NCBI GenBank assembly: GCA_963752995.1
Contig: CAVWAZ010000002.1
Coordinates: forward strand, 9,446 to 73,445
DNA: 64,000 nt
Direction: 5' to 3'
Source of the DNA: an uncultured delta proteobacterium
GTDB lineage: Bacteria; Desulfobacterota_D; UBA1144; Nemesobacterales; UBA2774
Within the stretch, counting starts at the first letter, position 1; every line of letters starts with the position of its first letter. This document shows, piece after piece, positions 9,618 through 17,572 of the stretch. Under the pieces are notes generated by a model. That model was not told the origin of the DNA and ran no database searches. It was given only the letters and a program-made list of their open reading frames with translations. Made by a program: the position numbers and the translations under genes.

Positions 9618-10739
9618 ATGATGAAAGCGATAAAGAATAGCTCTCCATACGTAATAATTATTCTATTGATATGCACAAGCCTGCTCCTTTCCGAAGCAGC
9701 GCTTCAACTATTTGCAAATTGCCGGTTCTCCGTCATTGAATACGATAAAAGATTGGGCTGGCTGCTTAAAAAGAACAACACTCTGGAAATAAAAGCGAAA
9801 GATCAGGATAAGAGGGATATCAAGACCAGCTTCAATGGCAGAGGCTTTAGAGACAGTGACCATTCATTCGAGAAAGATGAAGGAACGAAAAGGATTATTA
9901 TTTTGGGAGATTCATATACGGCCGGCATTGAATATCCAGACGATGTGATATTTGCCAGCATTTTTGAACGGAAGTTAAACTCAACCGCCGCTGATAATAT
10001 TAAATATGATGTAATGAATGTTTCCGTTCCTGCCTGGGCAACTGATCAGCAATATACATATCTGAAAGAGGAAGGAATGAAATATCATCCGGACTATGTA
10101 ATATTGATAATAGCTCCCAACGATATACGCGAGACTTACGGAAAGAAATTCTTGTATCTCGAGAATGGAGATTTGAAAGAGACAGGTACAACGCTTATTC
10201 CTTGGAGAGCTCGCTTCTTTTGGTTTCTTGCCAACCATTCCTGTGTCTTTCAAGGATTCCAGCGGGTATTTAAACTGGATTATGGAAGCTTCAGGAGCAT
10301 TTTTCAATATTTTCCGATTTCCTTCCCCGTAGGCGCGGAAATGTGTAACGACAAGCATCTCCATTTGAAAGAGACTCCGGCAGAAATTACGGCGGCTATG
10401 GAATTGTTCAAGGCTATTTTATTGGAAATTAATCGGTTATGCAGAGAAAACCATTGCAGGTTAATGATAACCGTCGCTGCTACCAAGGATGAATTTGACG
10501 GCAGCTTAAAAGACGGACAATATGAGTCCGCCAAGATTACGGAATATGTTAAATCTATTGCCGATGAAAACTCCATCCCTTTTTTAGATCTATTTTCCCA
10601 TTTGCAAACAAAGGAAAAAGATCCTCTAAAAATTTTCATTACATGGGAGTATCATCTTAATGATTATGGCCATGCATTTGTGGCGGAGGAGTTGCTTCAA
10701 TTCTTCGACTCAAGTCAAGACCCTGAACCGCGCCCATGA
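9618..10739 (+). CDS. SGNH/GDSL hydrolase-family protein (AlgX-like) with N-terminal anchor
   Basis: 'FNGRGFRD', block I 'LGDSYT', 'PND', block V 'EYHLNDYGH'. Confidence 0.75.
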   Translation: MMKAIKNSSPYVIIILLICTSLLLSEAALQLFANCRFSVIEYDKRLGWLLKKNNTLEIKAKDQDKRDIKTSFNGRGFRDSDHSFEKDEGTKRIIILGDSYTAGIEYPDDVIFASIFERKLNSTAADNIKYDVMNVSVPAWATDQQYTYLKEEGMKYHPDYVILIIAPNDIRETYGKKFLYLENGDLKETGTTLIPWRARFFWFLANHSCVFQGFQRVFKLDYGSFRSIFQYFPISFPVGAEMCNDKHLHLKETPAEITAAMELFKAILLEINRLCRENHCRLMITVAATKDEFDGSLKDGQYESAKITEYVKSIADENSIPFLDLFSHLQTKEKDPLKIFITWEYHLNDYGHAFVAEELLQFFDSSQDPEPRP

Positions 10740-10820
10740 GAGAGTTACGGAGCCATACTTCTATTACCGGAGAGAATCAGGAATATTTCTGTGGTCTCTG
10801 TATTATAATGAGGATACGAT

Positions 10821-13043
10821 ATGCCTGAATTAACAGTATCAATGGCGGCTTACAATGCCGGGGAATATATAGGAGAAGCTATCCAAAGCGTATTGGGGCA
10901 GGAAAGTGTCGATTTCAAGTTAATTGTGGTCGACGACGGCTCTCAGGATAATACTCCGGATGTCGTACGAACTTTTGATGACCCCAGAATAAGATTAATA
11001 AGAAGTAAACAAAACATGGGTACGGCACATTGTCATAACCTGGTCATCGAAGAGAACCGGGCGCCTTTCATAGCGCATGTAGATTCAGACGCTTTGGTGC
11101 TGCCCGGTGCCTTTCAAAAGATGGTCAATGAGTTAAAAAGCCATCCCAGTATCGGACAAGTTCACTGCTACTATTTTATCGCAGACGAAGGCGGGAGAAT
11201 AACAAGGGGGTCATTTCATGAACAAAGGAAATACCTTCTTGAAAATATAACGCCGGATACGGATTACAAGAGGGAGCTATTATTCAACGGGTTTGCAATA
11301 AATGGTTTGCGAGCATATAGAAAAGAGGTTTTCGATACGCTCGGGAAGTTCGATGAAAATATCGGACGGGGTGAAGATTATGATATGGCGTTAAGAATTA
11401 TAGATAAATTCGAGATAAAAGTTGTGCCGGAATTCCTATATTGCTACAGAAGGTATATGAGCAATACTATACCCTCCTTGCGATCTAAGGAATCAGCGTT
11501 GCGGCGCCAAAAATTAGTTATCCTTCGAAAGCTTTCAAAGGCGAACAAGGTCCAATGGTTAGCTAAAAATAAACGCTATTATATAGATAGATTAATGATT
11601 TCAGGTTTATATGATGCCTCAGTGGTACAAAAAATATCGAAAAGGATCGTCAGCGTACTTAAAAAAACTCGTAATTTGATAATCCGACGAGTATTTATTC
11701 CGATTTTTGACCGAATTTACGTCTTAATAGACGGTAATTTCTCTTGGTGGCCTATTGGCCTGTTTAATTACAAAAAGAGAGCTAAGTCAACCAAAAAAAA
11801 ACGAATTGCATACTATTTATGGCATTTTCCGGTTTTAAGTCAGACTTTTATTCAACGTGAAATAGAAGCATTGAGAAAATCTGGCCTTCACGTCGAAGTT
11901 CTCTCAGAAGCCCCGGAGAATATAGAATTACTGAATGAAAATGCAAAGTCTCTCATCGGAAATACCTTTTATTTGTCCCGGAGCTGTGAAAAAACTCTTT
12001 TGAGCAATAAAAGACACTTCTTTTTAAAAAATCCTTTATTATATATCAACCTCTTCCTCTACGTTGTATTTCATAAATATGACAAGCATAAAAGCTTTAA
12101 AGAAGACGCTGCTATTTTTTCAAAGGCGCTGTATTTAGCGGGGGTATTAAAAGATCATGACATAAGTCATATCCACTCACCCTGGGCGGACAGATGCGCA
12201 TTTATCGCGCTGGTAGCCTCTAAACTTGCAGGAGTATCCTACAGTGTACAAGGGCGAGCTCACGATATTCACAGAAAAACTTATTTATACGCATTCCCGG
12301 AGAAATTTGAGAATGCGGAGTTTGTAATAACTAACACAAAATATAATAAGGCATATCTTGAGTCGTCCTTGAAGGGACGGAGTGTTAGAATGATTAACAC
12401 TATTTATAATGGCCTTAACCTGGCTGAATTTATCCCTGATCAAAAACAAGAGAATATGTCGAAAGAAATCAGAATAATATCCGTAGCCAGATTGATCGAA
12501 CAGAAAGGACTTGTGTATTTACTTAAGGCTTGCAAGATTTTAAAGGAGAGAGGATATTCCTTCAGGTGTGAAATCATTGGCGGGCCGGAAGAGCCATTAT
12601 ATATCAACTACTATCTGGCCTTAAAAAAAATGCACAGGCGGTTAGGATTGGAAGAGAGCGTATTTTTTTTAGGGGCTCAATCGTTTGATAAAATATTGGA
12701 AGGATATAGAAACGCCCACATTTTTGTTTTGCCCTGCGTGATTTCCGAAGACGGCAGCAGAGATATTTCACCGAATTCTTTAATTGAGGCTATGGCTATG
12801 AAGCTGCCTGTCGTTTCCACGAATGTTACGGGCATCCCTGAAATTCTGGAAGACGGCGTCAGCGGGATATTAGTCCCCCCGAATGATGAGAGTGCCCTCG
12901 CGGAAGCAATTGTAAAACTTATAGAAAATGACAATTTAAGAAAGGAACTGGGAAAAAACGCAAGAAAGAGGGTTGAAGAAAGATTCGATATCGCTAAGAA
13001 TATCGTTAAATATGTTGCACTGTTCGAGGGACAAGTATATTAA
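10821..13043 (+). CDS. Bifunctional GT2 + GT4 (WcaL-like) glycosyltransferase
   Basis: N-terminal 'AYNAGEYI..VVDDGSQD..HVDSD..GEDYD'. C-terminal 'FPVLSQTFIQRE', 'VARLIEQKG', 'PNSLIEAMAMKLPVVST'. Confidence 0.88.
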   Translation: MPELTVSMAAYNAGEYIGEAIQSVLGQESVDFKLIVVDDGSQDNTPDVVRTFDDPRIRLIRSKQNMGTAHCHNLVIEENRAPFIAHVDSDALVLPGAFQKMVNELKSHPSIGQVHCYYFIADEGGRITRGSFHEQRKYLLENITPDTDYKRELLFNGFAINGLRAYRKEVFDTLGKFDENIGRGEDYDMALRIIDKFEIKVVPEFLYCYRRYMSNTIPSLRSKESALRRQKLVILRKLSKANKVQWLAKNKRYYIDRLMISGLYDASVVQKISKRIVSVLKKTRNLIIRRVFIPIFDRIYVLIDGNFSWWPIGLFNYKKRAKSTKKKRIAYYLWHFPVLSQTFIQREIEALRKSGLHVEVLSEAPENIELLNENAKSLIGNTFYLSRSCEKTLLSNKRHFFLKNPLLYINLFLYVVFHKYDKHKSFKEDAAIFSKALYLAGVLKDHDISHIHSPWADRCAFIALVASKLAGVSYSVQGRAHDIHRKTYLYAFPEKFENAEFVITNTKYNKAYLESSLKGRSVRMINTIYNGLNLAEFIPDQKQENMSKEIRIISVARLIEQKGLVYLLKACKILKERGYSFRCEIIGGPEEPLYINYYLALKKMHRRLGLEESVFFLGAQSFDKILEGYRNAHIFVLPCVISEDGSRDISPNSLIEAMAMKLPVVSTNVTGIPEILEDGVSGILVPPNDESALAEAIVKLIENDNLRKELGKNARKRVEERFDIAKNIVKYVALFEGQVY

Positions 13044-13141
13044 CTCAACTCCACAGGATCAGGGGGCTTAGAGGTCTCTGCAAATTTCCTATTTCGCCGG
13101 TAAAGCAAAAACGACATGAGACACGATCACACTGACGGGAT

Positions 13142-14623
13142 ATGAAAATCAAAGATTTAATAAGGACCGCTGTACTAAGGACCAATACCCGGTGGCCGTT
13201 TTCGCAACTGAACAAGACACCATATTATATCGCCATACGCGCTTTTGTCGGACTGTGTAGGAAATTCCCCCAAATAAGGAGCGTTTATCTCAGGCATGGC
13301 ATTGTCGAGGGGAATTGGGTCCCCGCTATAAGCGATATTGACCTTACCTTAGTCATCGACAACAGGCTGAGTATAGACGATGAATTTTTTTTCTTGCATC
13401 GTTTCTGGAAAAATTACAAGGGAATTAAGAAGTTATTTCCAATGCTTGGGGAGGTCGAGATATTAAGCGAGGATCACGTCGGATCATGGAGTAAATTCGG
13501 TATCCAGGGATACGAATCGAATAAGTGGAGGTTAGTTTGTGGGAAAGAAACGGTGAAGAGTAATTACATCCCATATCCGGGAAGACTCGCTAGGGATTAC
13601 CTCGATTACGCTTTAACATACTACCTCGGATATTTCCTGAGAAAATTCAAACAGGAAAAACCCGCTTACCTGGTTTCGCAAGACTTGAAGAGGCTGACAT
13701 CCAAGATTCTAAGATATATAAATTGCATCGGTTTTGATGCCACCAATAGTCAGAAAGCGGCAGGACGGCTTGACGATAAATCAGACATGCTAAACTGCGC
13801 TCTGGAGGAGCTGGAAAAGGGCATAAGCTTTATCAACCCCTTCGATAACGAAGCCGATACAAGAAAACAAGATATCGGATTGCTCCCCGATATTGATTGC
13901 AGTAGCAAGGAGCATTGTGAAAATCAACCGTTCGACCTTAGAGCATTAACTTCCCGGGAAAAGGCAATAGCAAGCATAATCCTTGATTATCATAAGAGAG
14001 TTTTCATCGTATTAAAAGATGGGCTTGATGATTTAACGATGAAGAGTTGCATAGATACTATCAGGTGTGTTCTCTCACAAGAGGATAAGATGCCTATGAT
14101 AGCGACTTCTCGCCTCTTCAAATATATCCTCCGTTCTTACAATCCTTTCGAATATTCAAGTTTAATGAGATACAGGACAGTAGTTTACGGCAGGGATTTG
14201 TTATCGGATATTCGGCCCCCTGAAAAGCATATTTTTGTCAGGAAGATAGTTGAACAGACTACGAATATACTGACATTCCCGCAAAGCTATAAACTGATCC
14301 TGCCGCCGAGCACCGATTGGTTCTTGGCTCGAGAGTTGGAGTCCACCGTGGAGCGTTTTTTTTCCCTTAAGCTATATTTGGAAAAAGGAGTGATCGGCAC
14401 ATATAATGACGGACTCTTAACTGAAAGCGAGAGGTATTATCCGGATGACTACAAAAAAATGCGCGATTTGCAACGGAACGCCGGTCAATTTAGCAAAGAA
14501 AAGTTGAGTCAAGAGTGGTTTGAATTCTTGAAAAGCATTGCAAATGACATACACAATCTTCTGACAAATTCTGATGTGGTGGAAAGGCTTTTAGAGCCGC
14601 CTCAAATAACACGAACACTCTGA
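13142..14623 (+). CDS. Nucleotidyltransferase-fold protein
   Basis: 'SVYLRHG..GNWVPAISDIDL' resembles the pol-beta NTase hG[G/S]..DxD motif; the rest is unrecognised. Confidence 0.5.
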   Translation: MKIKDLIRTAVLRTNTRWPFSQLNKTPYYIAIRAFVGLCRKFPQIRSVYLRHGIVEGNWVPAISDIDLTLVIDNRLSIDDEFFFLHRFWKNYKGIKKLFPMLGEVEILSEDHVGSWSKFGIQGYESNKWRLVCGKETVKSNYIPYPGRLARDYLDYALTYYLGYFLRKFKQEKPAYLVSQDLKRLTSKILRYINCIGFDATNSQKAAGRLDDKSDMLNCALEELEKGISFINPFDNEADTRKQDIGLLPDIDCSSKEHCENQPFDLRALTSREKAIASIILDYHKRVFIVLKDGLDDLTMKSCIDTIRCVLSQEDKMPMIATSRLFKYILRSYNPFEYSSLMRYRTVVYGRDLLSDIRPPEKHIFVRKIVEQTTNILTFPQSYKLILPPSTDWFLARELESTVERFFSLKLYLEKGVIGTYNDGLLTESERYYPDDYKKMRDLQRNAGQFSKEKLSQEWFEFLKSIANDIHNLLTNSDVVERLLEPPQITRTL

Positions 14624-14819
14624 CAGAATATATTAGTAATTCTTAACATCAGTCCATGTTTTGCCACGCATTTCTTTTCTAAGCATTTTCTAAGAACCAT
14701 CTGTAATTCTTGCCACTATACAGAATCAATGGACCATATGGAATAGTTAGAATTCGTTTATTAAAGGTGTATTAGAAATATTTCAACGATTCTGGAAAGT
14801 TACGAATATGCACTCAATA

Positions 14820-14877
14820 GGTCTTGAAAACCGGCGTCCGCAAGGACTTGGGGGTTCGAATCCCTCGCCCTCCGCCA
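14820..14877 (+). pseudogene. 3' half of tRNA-Ser(UGA), att-like remnant
   Basis: GGT-CTTGAAA-ACC anticodon arm, variable arm GTCC-GCAA-GGAC, T arm GGGGG-TTCGAAT-CCCTC, acceptor strand GCCCTCC-G-CCA. No 5' acceptor strand or D arm upstream. Confidence 0.85.
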
Positions 14878-15064
14878 GTTAGGAAATGCGTTTGTCGGCT
14901 CGTCTGCTACGCGGGCTCGCCAGCCGTTTTTCGCCAAAAATTCAAGCCGTTTTGAATTCAGGTAAGGCCAAAAGCGGGCTTTTCTAGAAGAAATTTGTTA
15001 TCATCTAGTAAGATTGTAACGTAATTCTATGTTAGGCCCTGGAAGTTACAAAGAGGAGGACACG

Positions 15065-15409
15065 ATGAACAACGAACAGGTGGCACCTGAGACGAAAGGT
15101 GTTACGGTGAAGTTACTTGCAACGGTTGACCTTGGCCCCGAGATCGAGGGCATGGCAGGGCGCCAACTTCGAATGCGTATGGTGACCATCGAACCTGGAG
15201 GCGTCTTCGGCCCGATTCACGACCATAAAGACAGACCAGGCACCGTCTATATACTGCAAGGAACGATCACTGACCATCGAAATGGCGTCGCTACTGGCTA
15301 TGGGCCGGGAGTGGGCTGGCCCGAGGATAGGAACACCACACACTGGCTTGAAAACAGAGGAACGATTCCGGCGGTGGAGATCTCGGTCGACATAGTCAGG
15401 CAAGAGTAA
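15065..15409 (+). CDS. Cupin domain protein
   Basis: 'LRMRMVTIEPGG..PIHDH..PGTVYILQG', 'HWLENRG'; SD GAGGAGG. Confidence 0.85.
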   Translation: MNNEQVAPETKGVTVKLLATVDLGPEIEGMAGRQLRMRMVTIEPGGVFGPIHDHKDRPGTVYILQGTITDHRNGVATGYGPGVGWPEDRNTTHWLENRGTIPAVEISVDIVRQE

Positions 15410-15475
15410 GCGAGTCCAACGTGTCTCGCACCCGGTCCCCTTGCGGAAGTTTCGCACGGAGCCTTTTTCTTTTTC

Positions 15476-15700
15476 AATTTTTGAATCAAAAATTTTCACA
15501 AAAGAATATACCATCAAAGAGGAAAATCATTTATGATTTTCCTTGCGGGCTTCGCCCGCGAAAAACTTGAAATCGCCCTTTTCGCTTCCGCTTCCCGCCT
15601 ATTCGTCGGGTAGGCGAGGCGGCGGAAGGGGGGTCTGGGGGGAATTCCGCCCGCCGAGCCCAGCGATTTCGGTTCGGATATTTTCAAACAGACACCGCCA
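15476..15700. other. Hairpin-rich non-coding block
   Basis: Perfect inverted repeats AATTTTTGA/TCAAAAATT (15476-15494), AGGAAAATCAT/ATGATTTTCCT (15520-15543) and GCGGGC/GCCCGC (15545-15559), then G-rich stems; ends in CCGCCA. Confidence 0.6.
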
Positions 15701-15768
15701 TAGAGAGCCGTCTGTCCGGCCGGGCAACCTATGTATTTTTAATCTTAGGCATAACCGTATGTTATAGC

Positions 15769-15797
15769 TTGACTTTTCTCGTCTCAGGTAGTTTAAT
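15769..15797 (+). promoter_or_regulatory. Putative sigma70 promoter of the RTX-repeat gene
   Basis: TTGACT-17 bp-TTTAAT upstream of SD GGGAGG. Confidence 0.5.
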
Positions 15798-15830
15798 TGA
15801 AATTATATCAAAGAGTTAGGGAGGGATGAT

Positions 15831-16319
15831 ATGAAAAGGATAAAGGTGAGTATTGCCGCTTTATTGTTTGTTGCGCTCCTTGCTTTGAATTCATACGCCG
15901 CGCCGAGCCCGGCGCCCCAGCCGCCCCCTGCATGCCAGGGCAAAACCCCGACGATCGTGGGAACGAACGGGAACGACACACTGAACGGGTCGCTCGGACC
16001 CGACGTAATAGTCGGGCTCGGAGGGGACGACCAGATCAAGGGTCTTGACGGCGATGACGTAATTTGCGGCGGCGACGGCGCGGATACGGTTACCGGCGGT
16101 GCGGGCGAGGATATACTATACGGAGACGCCGGGAACGACGACCTCAGGGGCGGTAAGGGCAACGACGTAGCTTACGGCGGCGACGGAGATGATTACCTCG
16201 AAGGGAACGACGGGGAAGACTTCCTCGACGGTGGAATGGGCACAGACGGCATTGACGGCGGGAAAGATCAGGATAAATGCATTAACTACGAGTCCCATCA
16301 GAGATGTAATGTGGATTAA
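15831..16319 (+). CDS. Secreted hemolysin-type (RTX) Ca2+-binding repeat protein
   Basis: Sec signal peptide ending in AA, Pro-rich linker, about 10 GGxGxD nonapeptide repeats. Confidence 0.85.
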   Translation: MKRIKVSIAALLFVALLALNSYAAPSPAPQPPPACQGKTPTIVGTNGNDTLNGSLGPDVIVGLGGDDQIKGLDGDDVICGGDGADTVTGGAGEDILYGDAGNDDLRGGKGNDVAYGGDGDDYLEGNDGEDFLDGGMGTDGIDGGKDQDKCINYESHQRCNVD

Positions 16320-16429
16320 CGCTGCCTGATTCGACCGGAAAATTTCTACACCGCCTGTGAGGGGTTGATACGGTTCAAGGCTATAGTGTATTTCTTGAAT
16401 TCCCGTTATCGATTTATTCTCGAAACCAG

Positions 16430-17269
16430 ATGAGCGGAAGGCTTTATATCGTTTCAACCCCCATAGGAAACCTCGAAGACATAACACTCCGGGCGCTCAG
16501 GGTATTGAAAGAAGCGGACGTCATCGCCTGCGAGGACACGAGGACTACGAGAAAGCTCCTTACCCGGTACGCGATTGAAACACCCCTAGTCAGCTACCAC
16601 GAGCACAACGAAATCGAAAAGGCAAAAGAGCTACTCTCGCTTCTCGAAGGGGGAAGGAGCATAGCTCTCGTTTCGGACGCCGGGACCCCATGCATTTCGG
16701 ACCCCGGATACAGGCTCGTCAAACTCGCGTCGGAGCACGGTATAGAGGTGCTGTCTATACCGGGGCCTTCTGCCTCCGTATCGGCATTGAGCGTCTCGGG
16801 GCTGCCCACTTCAAGCTTCGCTTTCTTCGGTTTCCTGCCGAGGACGAAGAAGCATTTGACCGACTATCTCTCGCGCATAAAAAATTATCCGGAAACGCTC
16901 GTGTTTTATGAGTCCCCCAACAGGGTCACGAAGACGCTCCGCGCGATGTCTGAAGTATTCGGAGACCGTAATATTTCTCTCAGCCGCGAGATGACGAAGC
17001 TATATGAAGAGACACTCAGGGGCAAGATCCCGTATGTGCTCGAAGCGCTCGGAAAGCGGGATAAGATAAAGGGCGAGGTGACGATAGTGGTTGAGGGGGC
17101 TTCAAGTGAAATCGGGGAAACCGATCCGGATAGTATCGACAGGATGCTGGTCCAGCACAAAAAAATCGGTTCGAGCCTTAAGGATGCCGTCAAAATGGTG
17201 TCCGAGGAATCCGGGTATTCGAAGAGTAAGACCTATAAGAGGGCGCTCCAGATATGGGGGCGGGAATAA
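16430..17269 (+). CDS. rsmI: 16S rRNA (cytidine1402-2'-O)-methyltransferase
   Basis: 'LYIVSTPIGNLEDITLRA', 'CEDTR', 'SDAGTP.ISDPG', 'YESP.R', 'REMTK.YEE'. Confidence 0.96.
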   Translation: MSGRLYIVSTPIGNLEDITLRALRVLKEADVIACEDTRTTRKLLTRYAIETPLVSYHEHNEIEKAKELLSLLEGGRSIALVSDAGTPCISDPGYRLVKLASEHGIEVLSIPGPSASVSALSVSGLPTSSFAFFGFLPRTKKHLTDYLSRIKNYPETLVFYESPNRVTKTLRAMSEVFGDRNISLSREMTKLYEETLRGKIPYVLEALGKRDKIKGEVTIVVEGASSEIGETDPDSIDRMLVQHKKIGSSLKDAVKMVSEESGYSKSKTYKRALQIWGRE

Positions 17270-17295
17270 GAATAAATTATCTTTTCAGACGAGCT

Positions 17296-17496
17296 TCATT
17301 TCTCTTTCTTGTCTATATGTTTTTTCACGAGCCTGTCCTTCTCCACTTCTGAGCCGACCCTTGCCTGCTTCTCGATTTTCTGCTTTTCCCCCGCCGCTTC
17401 ACCTTGAATCTTCGCCTTGCACTCATCGCAGATAGAGGATTCTGACGGCTTCCCGCAAATCATGCACACCTTTTTCTTTTCCTTCTTTTCGGTCAT
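17296..17496 (-). CDS. Small basic CxxC-x8-CxxC zinc-binding hypothetical protein
   Basis: CMIC...CDEC; SD GAGGGG upstream. Confidence 0.6.
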   Translation of the reverse strand: MTEKKEKKKVCMICGKPSESSICDECKAKIQGEAAGEKQKIEKQARVGSEVEKDRLVKKHIDKKEK

Positions 17497-17572
17497 TTTG
17501 TTCCCCTCATTTATACACTACGCTTAACATGACGTTTACAGCAATAAGTCTATACGAGATTTATCATGAACA

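Noticed and set aside
14780-14877. Complete functional tRNA-Ser
   Set aside because: No 5' strand complementary to GCCCTCC and no D arm; only 3 bp of the anticodon stem pair.
15543-15767. 74-aa ORF MRASPAKNLK...
   Set aside because: TTG start with no SD, low-complexity Gly/Arg/Pro content, and it overlies hairpins; more likely non-coding.
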